Positions 10,550-20,159 of a DNA stretch of 64,000 bases are shown one piece after another. The DNA lies in NCBI GenBank assembly GCA_036398095.1, contig DASWHR010000141.1, positions 1,138 through 65,137 on the forward strand, in the 5' to 3' direction. Within the stretch, counting starts at the first letter, position 1. The number at the start of each line of letters is the position of its first letter. Position numbers and translations under genes: made by a program. The notes under the pieces were generated by a model that had not been told where the DNA came from, made no database searches, and saw only the letters and a list, made by a program, of their open reading frames with translations. Source of the stretch: Actinomycetota bacterium. Its GTDB lineage: Bacteria > Actinomycetota > AC-67.

Positions 10550-10592
10550 CGGCCTGCAGCGTACCGCGCGGGTATCCCTTGCCCTTCCCACA

Positions 10593-10740
10593 CTCCTGTG
10601 CAACCAAGTTGCAAGAGGATGCCGCCGGGGCCGGCGCGGGGCCGGCGCGGGGCCGGCGCGGGGGCGGCGCAAGCCTCTGCAACTTGGTTGCACAGGAGTC
10701 TCAGAGGGTTTTGGGTTGCACAGGAGTCTCAGAGGGTTCA
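10593..10740. repeat. Composite repeat region upstream of mazG. A roughly 25-bp inverted repeat (ctcctgtgcaaccaagttgcaagagg / cctctgcaacttggttgcacaggag) flanks 3.5 copies of the 12-mer ggggccggcgcg. It is followed by two tandem 27-bp direct repeats (gg)ttgcacaggagtctcagagggtt.
   Basis: Read directly from the sequence. Arm 2 overlaps the first direct repeat. Confidence 0.7.
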
Positions 10741-11047
10741 GGACATCGAATCGGTCGGTGTGGCGGCAAAAGGAAAACTTCTCGTAAACGCTGCCGGCGG
10801 CGGGGCGAAGTTGCATGACAGATCCGCCGGGCCGTGCCACACTGTGCCTACGCGAGAGAGGAGGTGGTCCAAACTTGCCGTTACCGCATAGGACCCGCGA
10901 GGTGGCTGAACGCTAACGGGTGAACCTCGGGAACCGCCGCGCAACTCGCTAGCGGAAACCCGTCAGTCCACCGAGCCGCGGGATGTCCGGAGTGGTCCAC
11001 CGGGCCGCCTCCATGTACCGCAGTAATCCCGCGGAGGTATTCGAGGG

Positions 11048-11071
11048 GAGAGCCGAAGGGCTCTCCCCTCT
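11048..11071 (-). terminator. GC-rich hairpin (ggggagagcc-gaag-ggctctcccc) 19 nt downstream of the thioesterase stop. Possible intrinsic terminator without a U-tract.
   Basis: Perfect 10-bp stem with a 4-nt loop seen in the sequence. The lack of a T-tract lowers confidence. Confidence 0.35.
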
Positions 11072-11089
11072 TCCTATTGGCGCCTCGGG

Positions 11090-11524
11090 TTAGGCGAAGG
11101 GAGACCGGGGCAGGTTCTCGGGCTCGACGGCCATGAACGTCGCGGTCGCCGTGGCGAGCAGCCGCCCGTCCTCGGTCTGAAGCGTGCCCTCCCCGTGGCC
11201 GGCGCGGCGGCCGGCATGCAGCGACCGACCGCGGGCGACGATGGTCCCCTCGCTGGCCATTCCGATGTACTGGATGCTCATGCTCAGCGTCACGTGCGGC
11301 GACCCCAGCGGCCGCTCCGACCGCAACGCCAAACCGATGACGGCGTCGAGCATGGTGGCGATCACGCCACCGTGAATGATTCCTCCCGGATTGAGATGAT
11401 GCGGCTGCAGGTCCAGACGCATCTCGCACTCGCCGCCGGCGGCGGACACGAAACGCATCCCGAACCAGTTCGCGAACGCCGACGCACCGATACGTTCCCG
11501 GATCGCTTTTTCGACCTCGCTCAT
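11090..11524 (-). CDS. PaaI/hotdog-fold thioesterase.
   Basis: MSEVEKAIRERIGASAFANWFGMRF...HGGVIATMLDAVIG, the PaaI-family signature. Confidence 0.75.
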   Translation of the reverse strand: MSEVEKAIRERIGASAFANWFGMRFVSAAGGECEMRLDLQPHHLNPGGIIHGGVIATMLDAVIGLALRSERPLGSPHVTLSMSIQYIGMASEGTIVARGRSLHAGRRAGHGEGTLQTEDGRLLATATATFMAVEPENLPRSPFA

Positions 11525-11749
11525 GGTGCCGCGAGGATACCCGCTCGCGTCACCGATCGGAGGGCCGCGCGTTAGATCGGCGGAGGGTCCGCATCCTCCG
11601 ACGGGTGTGCGAGAGGGTGTGATCCACCGCGAGCGCAGCCGCCGCACCTTGCGGCCCAGCCGCTTGCGGGGTGATGGAGCTTCGGAAAGACCTGGACCAC
11701 AAGTCCGGGTCTTTTCGCTTTCCCAGTCTTTTCGCTTTCCCCTGGGGGA

Positions 11750-12955
11750 TCAGGCGGCCGAGTTGATGAACCGCTTGATCTTGCGGTGCGTGGCGGCGGG
11801 ATACTCGAACTGCGGCACGTGGCCGCAATCGGTGAGCACCTCGACGGTCGCGTTCGGCAGGGCCTCCGCGACATGGCTCGAGTAGAACGCCGGCACGAGC
11901 GGGTCGGCGTCACCCCACAGGAACAGGCTCGGCGCCTCGACGCTCGCGAGTCGCGTCCAGAAGCCGGCGTCACCGCGCGGCTCGTCGGTGACGATGTGCC
12001 GCAGCGCGTCGAACAACGCGTATCGAGCCTGACGGTCGCGGTAGACGCGCAGGAACTCGTCGGCGGCCGCGTCGTACCAGGATCGGCGCAGGCGGTCCGG
12101 CGAAACGAAAAGACTTCGGATCCCCGCGACGACGGCGCGATGCGGCAGGGGCTGCGGCAGGAACGCGAGTTCGGGACGCATGCGGCGCATGATCGCCGGC
12201 ATCCAGCGGCGATTCAGGAACGCGACGGCCGGACACAGCAGCGACAGGCTGCGCACGCGGCTCGGGTCGGTCATCGCCACCTCGAGCGAGATGCGTCCGC
12301 CGAGCGAGTTGCCGATCAGATGCGCGCGCTCGATCTGCATCGAGTCCATCAAGTCCAGCACGAACCGGGCGAAGGTGTCGGCCGAGTAGCGCACGCGCGG
12401 CTTCGCGGAGTCTCCGTGGCCGAGCAGATCCGGCACGATCACGCGATGCGACGGTGCGAGCGCGAGCATCGTCGGCACGAACGATACCTTCGTCGCGCCG
12501 AGCCCGTGCAGCAGGATCACCGGATCGCCCTTGCCGGCTTCGACGACCGAAACCTCGTGGCCGCCGGCAACGACGACATGATCGCGCGGCGCGGTGACCG
12601 GGCGGCGCACGAGCGGATCGAACAGCGACTCGGCACGGAGCGCCAGGTTCAAGTTGCCCCGGACGCTGATGAGCCCGTCGAGGAACGCGCCGGCGCCGCT
12701 GATCGCGCCGGACTGGATGCCGACGAGCGTCGCGGTGTCGGCGCGAACGTAGGTGTCGGCGCGCGCGGGGGCGCCGGCGCCGACGGTCATGCGGCCGCCG
12801 CGGAAATGCATCGTCCAGATCTCGTCGGGACTCTCGAGCACGACGACGGCGTCCAGGCCGCGGATCCGCTCGGGGATCACGCGTCCGGTCAGCTCAAGCA
12901 GAATCGCTCCGAGGTCGCTACTCACCTGGCTCCTAGAGGTCCCGTGGCTCGCCAT
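11750..12955 (-). CDS. SCP2 sterol-binding-like domain fused to an alpha/beta-fold hydrolase.
   Basis: The N-terminal about 110 aa is SCP2-like. Then an HGxG oxyanion motif (ILLHGLGAT), a nucleophile elbow GNSLGG, and a C-terminal catalytic His (DCGHVPQFE). Confidence 0.75.
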   Translation of the reverse strand: MASHGTSRSQVSSDLGAILLELTGRVIPERIRGLDAVVVLESPDEIWTMHFRGGRMTVGAGAPARADTYVRADTATLVGIQSGAISGAGAFLDGLISVRGNLNLALRAESLFDPLVRRPVTAPRDHVVVAGGHEVSVVEAGKGDPVILLHGLGATKVSFVPTMLALAPSHRVIVPDLLGHGDSAKPRVRYSADTFARFVLDLMDSMQIERAHLIGNSLGGRISLEVAMTDPSRVRSLSLLCPAVAFLNRRWMPAIMRRMRPELAFLPQPLPHRAVVAGIRSLFVSPDRLRRSWYDAAADEFLRVYRDRQARYALFDALRHIVTDEPRGDAGFWTRLASVEAPSLFLWGDADPLVPAFYSSHVAEALPNATVEVLTDCGHVPQFEYPAATHRKIKRFINSAA

Positions 12956-13082
12956 ACCCGCAAGTTCGCCGGAGCAAGCAGGCGTCCTGCGAGACGTTCC
13001 GCTTGTTCCACCTTAGAACAACGATACGGCGGGCCGTGGGATTCGCGAAGGCCCGATGGCGGGCGTTCGCTCGCTCGGGGCG

Positions 13083-13484
13083 CTATTCCCGGGTGGGGAC
13101 TTTGACGCCCGCGCGGGCCAGGTCCCGCAGGGACACGATCCCGACGAGCCGCTGGTCGTCGTCGACGACGGGAAGGTGGCGGAAGCCGTGCTCAAGCATC
13201 GTCTGCGTGGCTTCTTCGATGGTCATGTCCGCGCCGGCCGACACGGGATTGGGCGTCATGTAGTCGCGCACGTGGGCGACTTCGGAGTCGGCGCCGTCGG
13301 CGACGGCCGTCACGATGTCGCGCTCGGTCATGATCCCGACGAGCCGGTCCTTTTCGGTCACCGCCAACGAGGAGATCTTGCGCTCGCGCATCGACTGCGC
13401 GGCCTCTTGTAGCGTTGCGGCCATTTCGACCTCGAGCACGTCGGTGCGCATGATCTCGCGAATCGTCGTCATGGTCCCTCCCAT
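13083..13484 (-). CDS. CBS-domain pair protein.
   Basis: Two CBS motifs (IMTERDIVTAV, VGIVSLRDLARAG). Confidence 0.7.
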   Translation of the reverse strand: MGGTMTTIREIMRTDVLEVEMAATLQEAAQSMRERKISSLAVTEKDRLVGIMTERDIVTAVADGADSEVAHVRDYMTPNPVSAGADMTIEEATQTMLEHGFRHLPVVDDDQRLVGIVSLRDLARAGVKVPTRE

Positions 13485-13590
13485 TCATGGTAAGCCTGGA
13501 GATCATCGAGGAGGAGGCGCCCCGAGCGCAAGCCCGTCCGGTTCGTATACTTCCGACCGACATGTGCGCCGCAGTGAGAACGATAGTCGC

Positions 13591-14310
13591 ATGACCGGCC
13601 GGGTGATCGCACTCTTAGGATCCGGCGAGTATCTGCCGTGGGCCGGTGAGGTGGACCGTTGGATGCTCGAGCGCGCGAGCGGCGACGGCAGCGTCGCGTT
13701 GCTTGCGACGGCGGCTGCACCTGAAGGCGACGCGATGGCCGACAAGTGGTCGGCAATGGGCTTGGAGCATTACCGGTCGCTGGGCGTGCCGGCGCGCGTC
13801 GTGCCGCTGAGCACGCGCGAGGACGCGGCGTCCGGCGAGATCGTCGCGGCGATCGAGAGCGTATCGATGGTGTTCTTTTCGGGCGGCAACCCGGCGTATC
13901 TGGCGGCGACGCTTCGCGACACGCCGTTTTGGACGCGGCTGATGCAGCGCGTGGACGGAGGCATGGCCGTCGCGGGATGCAGCGCCGGCGCGTGCATCTT
14001 CGGCGAGGTCGCTCCCGACCCGACGCGCATGGATTCGATGGAAGCGGCGTTCTCCCCCGCCGGGCTCGCCGTGTTTCCCGGCGTGGTGTTCGGCGCGCAC
14101 TGGGACGTGCTCGACACCTACGCGCCGGATCTGCGCGGGACCTCGATCCGTGCGATGCCGCCCGGATGCCACATGGTCGGCATCGACGAGAACACCGCGA
14201 TGGCCTCAGGCGACGACGTCTGGACGGTGTTCGGGTCCGGCGGCGTGCACGTGTATCAGACCGAGACCGCCGTCACCTACACGGCCGGACAGACGCTGCG
14301 TCTGCCATGA
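13591..14310 (+). CDS. Peptidase S51 / cyanophycinase-like (class I glutamine amidotransferase-like) protein.
   Basis: MTGRVIALLGSGEY...VFFSGGNPAYL...AGCSAGACIFGE, an S51 catalytic Ser context. Confidence 0.65.
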   Translation: MTGRVIALLGSGEYLPWAGEVDRWMLERASGDGSVALLATAAAPEGDAMADKWSAMGLEHYRSLGVPARVVPLSTREDAASGEIVAAIESVSMVFFSGGNPAYLAATLRDTPFWTRLMQRVDGGMAVAGCSAGACIFGEVAPDPTRMDSMEAAFSPAGLAVFPGVVFGAHWDVLDTYAPDLRGTSIRAMPPGCHMVGIDENTAMASGDDVWTVFGSGGVHVYQTETAVTYTAGQTLRLP

Positions 14311-14747
14311 TCGTGATCCGTCCGGCGGCGCCGGGCGATGCGGCGACGCTGACCGCGCTGGCGATGCGCTCGAAGGCGCACTGGGGATACGACGACGCGT
14401 TCATGGAAGCCTGCCGTCCTTCGCTGGCGATCCACGCGACGTGCGTGCAGCCAACGTTCGTCGCGACCGACGGCGGCACGGTCGCCGGGTTCTACCAGTT
14501 GGACGGCAACGAGGTCGGAGCGTTCTTCGTGGATCCGCCGTTCATCGGACGCGGTGTCGGCCGTGCGTTATGGGAGCACGTGCTGTCCGAAGCGCGAACG
14601 CGGGGACTGTCATCGGTCGAGGTCCTGTCGGATCCGAACGCAGAAGGCTTCTATCTGGCGATGGGGGCCGAGCGCGTCGGCGAGGCGCCATCCGACGTGT
14701 TCGGCCCCGATCGCATGCTGCCGCTGCTGCGCGCGACTATCGGATGA
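14307..14747 (+). CDS. GNAT-family N-acetyltransferase.
   Basis: FFVDPPFIGRGVGRALWEHV acetyl-CoA binding motif. ATGA overlap with the upstream stop. Confidence 0.75.
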   Translation: MIVIRPAAPGDAATLTALAMRSKAHWGYDDAFMEACRPSLAIHATCVQPTFVATDGGTVAGFYQLDGNEVGAFFVDPPFIGRGVGRALWEHVLSEARTRGLSSVEVLSDPNAEGFYLAMGAERVGEAPSDVFGPDRMLPLLRATIG

Positions 14748-17088
14748 GGATCGAGTGCTCGCCGGCGGCGGGCAGCTCGATCGTAAGCGTCACGCCGTCG
14801 TAGGACGCGAGCGTCGCACCTTCGACCGTGGGCGGGTGCGTCCAGGTTCCGGTCAGCCGCAGCGTCGTCGCGCCGTCCGTGATGAGCGTCGCACCGATCG
14901 GCTGCAACGTGGACAGGCTCATCCGCGCCAGATCCAGCCGTGCGCCGGACAGGTTCGACAGCGATCCCGAGAACACGTTGGCGTGTCCGAGCGTGCCGTT
15001 GTCGAGCCAGCGCTGACCGTGCATCGTGTACGGGCCGAAGACGCCCGCGCCCGCTTCGGGGATCAGAATCCGCTGCGGAAGATCGCGGCCCGAGGTGGTG
15101 ACGTCGATCGTGCCGATATTGGCCGGCTCGATGCCGGGCGCGCGGACCGTCAAGTCGCTCGCCCAGTAGGCGCTGTTGAACTCGAATCCCAGATCGACTC
15201 CGTCGGGAACGCTGACCGTGCTGATCGCATGGTTGAGCGCGGGCGAAACCTTGTAGGTGACGCGCTCGGGGTTGCGGTCGCGACGGTGCGACCACATGTA
15301 GGACTGCATCTCGCGCCAGTCGTCCCAGATCGGCGCGGAGTAATGCTCGTAGGCGTGATACAGGTAGGTGCGGTACCGGAAGCCGAGGTCGTGCAGACGC
15401 TGGCCGGCCGCGATGGCGCCGGTGACGGGGACGAGCTCGTCGGCGGTGCCGTGCAGGATCGCGTACGGAAGGTTGCGCGCGTTCTCGAGCAGCGGATAGA
15501 GGAACTCGGCTTCGATGTCGGCGCCCTCCTGCGAACCGGTCGGATCACCCGCGCCCGTCCACAAGCCGGGGACGAGCAGTCCGTCCTGCGGGTTGGAGGC
15601 AGCCCACCGATCGGGGAAGACAAGGCCGAGCAGCCACGACGCCCAACCGCCCATCGAATGGCCGCCGAGATACGTGCGGTCCTCGTCGATCGCCCATCGC
15701 GCGTGCGCGTCATTCCAAGCGTCGAGGTAGTCGACCATGCCGCGGCCGGTGTACCAGGACGACTCGCCGCGCGCGCTGGGCGTGACCACGATCGCGTCGC
15801 CGCCGTCGCCGAAGTCGCGCAGGATGCCCGGCTCCCACGCGGCTGCGTCGTGCGCGTGACCGCCGCGGTAGTGCATCCAGAACATCGCCGGATGGATGTT
15901 GCCGTCCCGATAGGACTTCGGAAGGAAGATGCCGTAGTGCTGATAAGGCCCTTGGAAGTAGGAGTTGATGGTCTCTTCCCGGTTGACCGGCGAGCCGTCG
16001 TTGACGTAGATCGCCTCGTAGTAGCCGGGCCGCATCGTGAACGTCTCGGTCGCGCCGGCCTGGAGTTTGTTCAGGTCGATCTGGGCCTTGAACTGATCGA
16101 TGTTTCCGTCGCGCAGCGCGAACGCTTGCCGTTCGTCCATCCAGATGCGCGCCGGTTCGCTGCGGAACGCGACGTTGATCAGCCCGGATTTCGCGTCACC
16201 CGGGCCGTTGTCGATGAACGGCGGGCCGTCCCCGCCCGAGTCGCCGGTGGCGACCGCGAGCCCGATGATGGCGGGAAGCGCGGGCGTGAACAGGTCGCGG
16301 CGCAGCCCGATCTCGAACACGTTGTCGAACCCGGACGGGCCGGTCGCGACGAAGACGCATTCGGGTACACACGGCTGCGGCGAGCCGAGGAAGTCGCCAC
16401 GGTAGTAGCGAGCACTCAGATCGTTCGGGCCGAAGAGCAGCGCCCACTCGGCTCCGGTGGTCAGGCCGCCGGCCGAACCGGGAAGCGTGTAGGACCCGCC
16501 CGGCTCCGAATCGATCAAGATCAACACAGCGGTGCGCGGCGTCGCGGTCATCGCGAGTGTGCGGACCATGAAGTACACGTGATCGGCGTCGGCGGCGACG
16601 CGCACTTCTTCGATGTCGGCTTGTTCGCGGACGCCGGACGGTGCGGTGGTGTCGCCGTAGTGAAGTTCCGCGCCCGCGGGGCGGTCGGCGCCGAACTGCG
16701 CGCCGGCGGCTTGCTGCAACGCGTCGATGCGGTAGGTGCGCGGCTCGATCGCCTTGACGCCGTCGAGCGTCGCCTTGCGGTCGGCGTCGAAGCCGTCGTC
16801 GGCGCCCCACGCGTCGCCCAGATAGTCCTGATACACGTACTCGCCCCGCGAATAGATCGCCGTGCCGCCGAGGCGCGTCGACTCTCCGCTCCAGTCGCTC
16901 GCGTCACCGTCGACGACCTTGGGCGTCGGCGCCTGGTTGCGTGCGCCGGACGTCACGATCGAGCCGGTGACGGTTTCCTCGCCCAGAACTGGGGTGCGCG
17001 GCGTGGCAGGCGGGACGGCCGCGTGGCCGGCGGCGGCCACAGCCGAGCAGACGGCGACGAGGAGTGCGGCGAGCTTGTGTGCGGTCAC
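14737..17088 (-). CDS. Secreted S9/prolyl-oligopeptidase-like alpha/beta hydrolase, 783 aa, with a large N-terminal non-catalytic domain.
   Basis: Signal peptide. Nucleophile elbow GGHSMGG. C-terminal Asp/His region (HGTADELVP, HAYEHY). Confidence 0.7.
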   Translation of the reverse strand: MTAHKLAALLVAVCSAVAAAGHAAVPPATPRTPVLGEETVTGSIVTSGARNQAPTPKVVDGDASDWSGESTRLGGTAIYSRGEYVYQDYLGDAWGADDGFDADRKATLDGVKAIEPRTYRIDALQQAAGAQFGADRPAGAELHYGDTTAPSGVREQADIEEVRVAADADHVYFMVRTLAMTATPRTAVLILIDSEPGGSYTLPGSAGGLTTGAEWALLFGPNDLSARYYRGDFLGSPQPCVPECVFVATGPSGFDNVFEIGLRRDLFTPALPAIIGLAVATGDSGGDGPPFIDNGPGDAKSGLINVAFRSEPARIWMDERQAFALRDGNIDQFKAQIDLNKLQAGATETFTMRPGYYEAIYVNDGSPVNREETINSYFQGPYQHYGIFLPKSYRDGNIHPAMFWMHYRGGHAHDAAAWEPGILRDFGDGGDAIVVTPSARGESSWYTGRGMVDYLDAWNDAHARWAIDEDRTYLGGHSMGGWASWLLGLVFPDRWAASNPQDGLLVPGLWTGAGDPTGSQEGADIEAEFLYPLLENARNLPYAILHGTADELVPVTGAIAAGQRLHDLGFRYRTYLYHAYEHYSAPIWDDWREMQSYMWSHRRDRNPERVTYKVSPALNHAISTVSVPDGVDLGFEFNSAYWASDLTVRAPGIEPANIGTIDVTTSGRDLPQRILIPEAGAGVFGPYTMHGQRWLDNGTLGHANVFSGSLSNLSGARLDLARMSLSTLQPIGATLITDGATTLRLTGTWTHPPTVEGATLASYDGVTLTIELPAAGEHSILIR

Positions 17089-17190
17089 GGTTCCTCCCTG
17101 GACGAGACGCGGCGAGACGCTTCGGCACGCTTCCCGAGCACCTTTCGAGGCGCGATTCGCGAATTCCTGCCGGAAGGTCGGAATCGCGGC

Positions 17191-18369
17191 TCAGAGCAAG
17201 TGGCGGCGGATCTTGCCGCCGGGCGTGCGCGGGATCCGGGGAACGGCCACGACCTGGCGGGGCGCCGCGTAGCGCGGCAGGTGCGCGGCGACGAACTCGC
17301 GAATCTCGTCCAGCGTCGGCGCGTCGCCATCGCCGACGACGAACGCGACGGCTTTGGAGCCGAACCGCTCGTCGGGACGCGCGGCGACGGCGACGTCGGC
17401 GATTCCCGGATGGCGCAGCAGGATGTCTTCGACCTGCGCCGGGAAGATCTTCTCGCCGCCGCTGACGATCACGTCGCCGGCTCGCTCGGCGCGGATCAGG
17501 CGGCCGTCTTCGATCACCGCCTGGTCGCCGGTTCGCAGCCAGCCGTCGGCGGTGAACGGCTGCTCGCCGCCCGGGAGATAGCCACGCATGATCGTCGGGC
17601 CGGCGAGTTCGAGCATGCCGTCGCCGGTGAGCCGCATGCGGGTGCCATCGAGCGGAACGCCGTCGTAGACGACGCCGCCGCACGATTCGGTCTGGCCGTA
17701 GGTTTCGACGATCGGCGCACCGGCTTCGCGCGCGCGATCGCGGAGCGGCTGCGGCAGCGCCTGACCGCCGATCAGGATGCCTTTGAAGTGCGCCAGATCC
17801 GCGTCGGCGTCGAGCAGGCGCGCGAGCATCGCGGGAACGAGCGAGGTGAACGTTGCATCCGTGGCGGCCACGGCGGGCGGATCGAAGGCGGCGTGGATAG
17901 TGACCGGCGCGTCGAGCAGCACCGCGCGCAGCGCGACGAGCAATCCGCCGATGTGGCCGAACGGCAGGCAGGCAAGCCAGCGGTCTGCCGGTTCGGCACC
18001 CAGGCGCGCCACGCTTGCGGTGACGGCGGCGCGGACGGCGTCGTGGGTCAGGACCGCGACGCGGGGGTTGCGACTCATGCCGCCGGTGGTTCCACCGGTG
18101 GCGACCGCGACGGCCGCGTCCTCGCCGGCCGGACTCGACTCGGACCGGGGCCACCAGGATCCGTCAAAGATCGCGGCCGGCCGGGCGAGCGCGAGCAACC
18201 GCTGCACCGCTGCGGGCGGCAGCCGGTGATCGACCGGCAGCACGGCCGCGCCGGCGTCCCAGACCAGGCGGAGAAGGTCGGGCCAGATCGGGCCGGGCGC
18301 AACGGCGATCGCCGCCAGATCGCCCGGCCTCAGCACGGGCCGGCGACGGGATTTTCCCGGCGTTTCCAC
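17191..18369 (-). CDS. menE: o-Succinylbenzoate-CoA ligase (short actinobacterial-type AMP-dependent ligase).
   Basis: AMP-binding motifs (TGGTTGG, YGQTE, GWLRTGD, PRTPGGKIRR). Short length (392 aa) and placement in the men cluster. Confidence 0.7.
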   Translation of the reverse strand: METPGKSRRRPVLRPGDLAAIAVAPGPIWPDLLRLVWDAGAAVLPVDHRLPPAAVQRLLALARPAAIFDGSWWPRSESSPAGEDAAVAVATGGTTGGMSRNPRVAVLTHDAVRAAVTASVARLGAEPADRWLACLPFGHIGGLLVALRAVLLDAPVTIHAAFDPPAVAATDATFTSLVPAMLARLLDADADLAHFKGILIGGQALPQPLRDRAREAGAPIVETYGQTESCGGVVYDGVPLDGTRMRLTGDGMLELAGPTIMRGYLPGGEQPFTADGWLRTGDQAVIEDGRLIRAERAGDVIVSGGEKIFPAQVEDILLRHPGIADVAVAARPDERFGSKAVAFVVGDGDAPTLDEIREFVAAHLPRYAAPRQVVAVPRIPRTPGGKIRRHLL

Positions 18370-18420
18370 GTCGGATAGGCTAGCCGAAGGTACGAGTAAA
18401 CGCTCTAGGAGTCACTGCTT

Positions 18421-19245
18421 ATGGAGTCGAGCATGGATTGGGTTCGCTCGGGGGACTACGAAGACATCGGCTACGAGACCGTGGACGGGATCGCCAAGAT
18501 CACGATCCGCCGTCCGGAGGTCCGAAACGCGTTCCGTCCGCAGACGCTGTTCGAGTTGCGGCATGCCTTCGACGTTGCGCGCGACGACGCCACCATCGGC
18601 GCGATCATCCTGACCGGACAGGGCCCGGACGCGTTTTGCTCGGGCGGCGATCAGCGCGTCCGCGGCGACGACGGCTACGTGGACGCGAAAGGCGTCGGCC
18701 GGCTGAACGTGCTCGACCTGCAGGTGCAGATCCGCCGTCTGCCCAAGCCGGTGATCGCGATGGTCGCCGGCTACGCGATCGGCGGCGGCCACGTGCTGCA
18801 CTTGGTGTGCGACATGACGATCGCGGCCGACAACGCGCGCTTCGGCCAGACCGGACCCAAGGTCGGCTCGTTCGACGGCGGATACGGCGCGGGGCTGCTG
18901 GCGCGCACGATCGGGCTGAAGCGCGCCAAGGAAGTCTGGTTTCTGTGCGAGGAGTACGACGCCGAGACCGCGCTGCAATGGGGTTTGGTCAACCGTGTCG
19001 TGCCGCTCGACGATCTGGAAGTCGCAACGGTCGCGATCTGCCGGCGCATCCTTGAGATGAGTCCGCTGGCGCTGCGCATGATCAAGGCCGGATTCAACGC
19101 CGACACCGACGGGCTGGCCGGAATCCAGCAACTGGCCGGCGATGCGACGCTGCTCTTCTACATGAGCGAAGAAGCCCAAGAGGGCCGCGACGCGTTCGTG
19201 CAGAAACGTAAACCGGACTTCTCGAAGTTTCCGAAGCGGCCGTGA
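18421..19245 (+). CDS. menB: 1,4-dihydroxy-2-naphthoyl-CoA synthase.
   Basis: Crotonase fold with MenB-specific motifs ([60 protein letters not shown]). Confidence 0.9.
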   Translation: MESSMDWVRSGDYEDIGYETVDGIAKITIRRPEVRNAFRPQTLFELRHAFDVARDDATIGAIILTGQGPDAFCSGGDQRVRGDDGYVDAKGVGRLNVLDLQVQIRRLPKPVIAMVAGYAIGGGHVLHLVCDMTIAADNARFGQTGPKVGSFDGGYGAGLLARTIGLKRAKEVWFLCEEYDAETALQWGLVNRVVPLDDLEVATVAICRRILEMSPLALRMIKAGFNADTDGLAGIQQLAGDATLLFYMSEEAQEGRDAFVQKRKPDFSKFPKRP

Positions 19246-20159
19246 GCGATGCCCTGCACGAGGCGCCGGCCGGCGTGCGGCTGTGGGTGGCGGGTGCGCG
19301 GCCGCGAACGCTGGGCGCGTCGGTCGCGCCGGTGATGGCCGGCGTCGCGGCGGCGCCGGCGATCACCTGGTGGCGCGCGCTGGGCGCGCTGATCGTTGCG
19401 GTCGCCTTCCAGGTCGGCGTCAACTATGCGAACGACTATTCCGACGGAGTGCGGGGCGTGGACGCGCGCCGCGTCGGGCCGCTGCGACTGACGGCATCGG
19501 GCCTCGCGGCGCCGCGCGCGGTTCGGGCCGCTGCGATCGCATCATTCACCGTCGCGGGGCTCGCGGGCTTGGCGCTCGCGATTTCGGTCGATCTGCGTTT
19601 GCTGATCGTCGGTGCGGCCGCCTTGGGTGCGGCGTCGCTGTATTCGGGCGGACCGAAGCCGTACGCGGGGCTGGGCCTGGGAGAGGTGTTCGTGTTCGTG
19701 TTCTTCGGGCCGGTGGCCGTCGCGGGAACGACATACGTGACGTGGGGCGCGGGCGTCCTGGGCGCGATCCCGCCGGTCGCGTGGTGGGCGGGCGCGGCGA
19801 TCGGATTGCTCGCGGTCGCGATCCTGCTCGCCAACAACATTCGCGACATCCCGACCGACGCGGCCGCCGGCAAGCGAACGCTGGCGGTGCGACTGGGCGA
19901 TGCGGAATCGCGCGCGCTGTTTCGCGGCATCGTCGCGTCGTCCTTCGCGGTGATGATCGTCGCCGTCGCGCTGAGTGATGCACCGCGGTGGACGCTGCTG
20001 TGTCTGGCGGCGCTGCCGGTCGCGATCCGCCCGATGCGCGCGGTCGGATCGGCGCGAGGCCCGGCGATGGTGCCGGTCCTGCTGGGCACGGCGACGCTGA
20101 ACCTGATCTTCGGCGCGCTGCTCGCCGCCGGACTCACGATCGAGCGGGTGACGGCGTGA
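19242..20159 (+). CDS. menA: 1,4-dihydroxy-2-naphthoate polyprenyltransferase (UbiA family).
   Basis: NDYSD and NNIRDIPTD motifs, polytopic membrane protein. GTG start overlapping the menB stop. Confidence 0.85.
   Translation: MSDALHEAPAGVRLWVAGARPRTLGASVAPVMAGVAAAPAITWWRALGALIVAVAFQVGVNYANDYSDGVRGVDARRVGPLRLTASGLAAPRAVRAAAIASFTVAGLAGLALAISVDLRLLIVGAAALGAASLYSGGPKPYAGLGLGEVFVFVFFGPVAVAGTTYVTWGAGVLGAIPPVAWWAGAAIGLLAVAILLANNIRDIPTDAAAGKRTLAVRLGDAESRALFRGIVASSFAVMIVAVALSDAPRWTLLCLAALPVAIRPMRAVGSARGPAMVPVLLGTATLNLIFGALLAAGLTIERVTA

Noticed and set aside
10625-10668. Short G-rich tandem repeats as a possible CRISPR array, also at 36223-36268 and 44790-44935.
   Set aside because: The repeats are 6-12 nt and contiguous with no spacers. 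Two of the three lie inside coding regions and encode low-complexity peptide.
10689-10740. CUCUGAGA motif on the minus strand, reminiscent of the TPP riboswitch CUGAGA.
   Set aside because: The motif lies within a perfect tandem direct repeat, and the other TPP elements (GGGGUGC, AACCUGAUC, GGAUAAUGCC) are absent.
10850-11075. Possible RNase P RNA, tmRNA, SRP RNA, 6S RNA or riboswitch in the mazG-thioesterase intergenic region.
   Set aside because: No hits by eye to the universal RNase P GGAAAGUCCGG motif, the tmRNA 5'/3' ends and T-arm, or the SRP AGGUCAGG...AAGGCAGC motif. Reported only as an unclassified structured region.
11786-13105. 439-aa + strand ORF.
   Set aside because: Antisense to the SCP2-hydrolase gene, with the compositional signature of a non-coding frame.
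14554-18378. 1274-aa + strand ORF.
   Set aside because: Antisense to the S9 peptidase and menE genes. No motifs and extreme Arg/Gly/Asp content.
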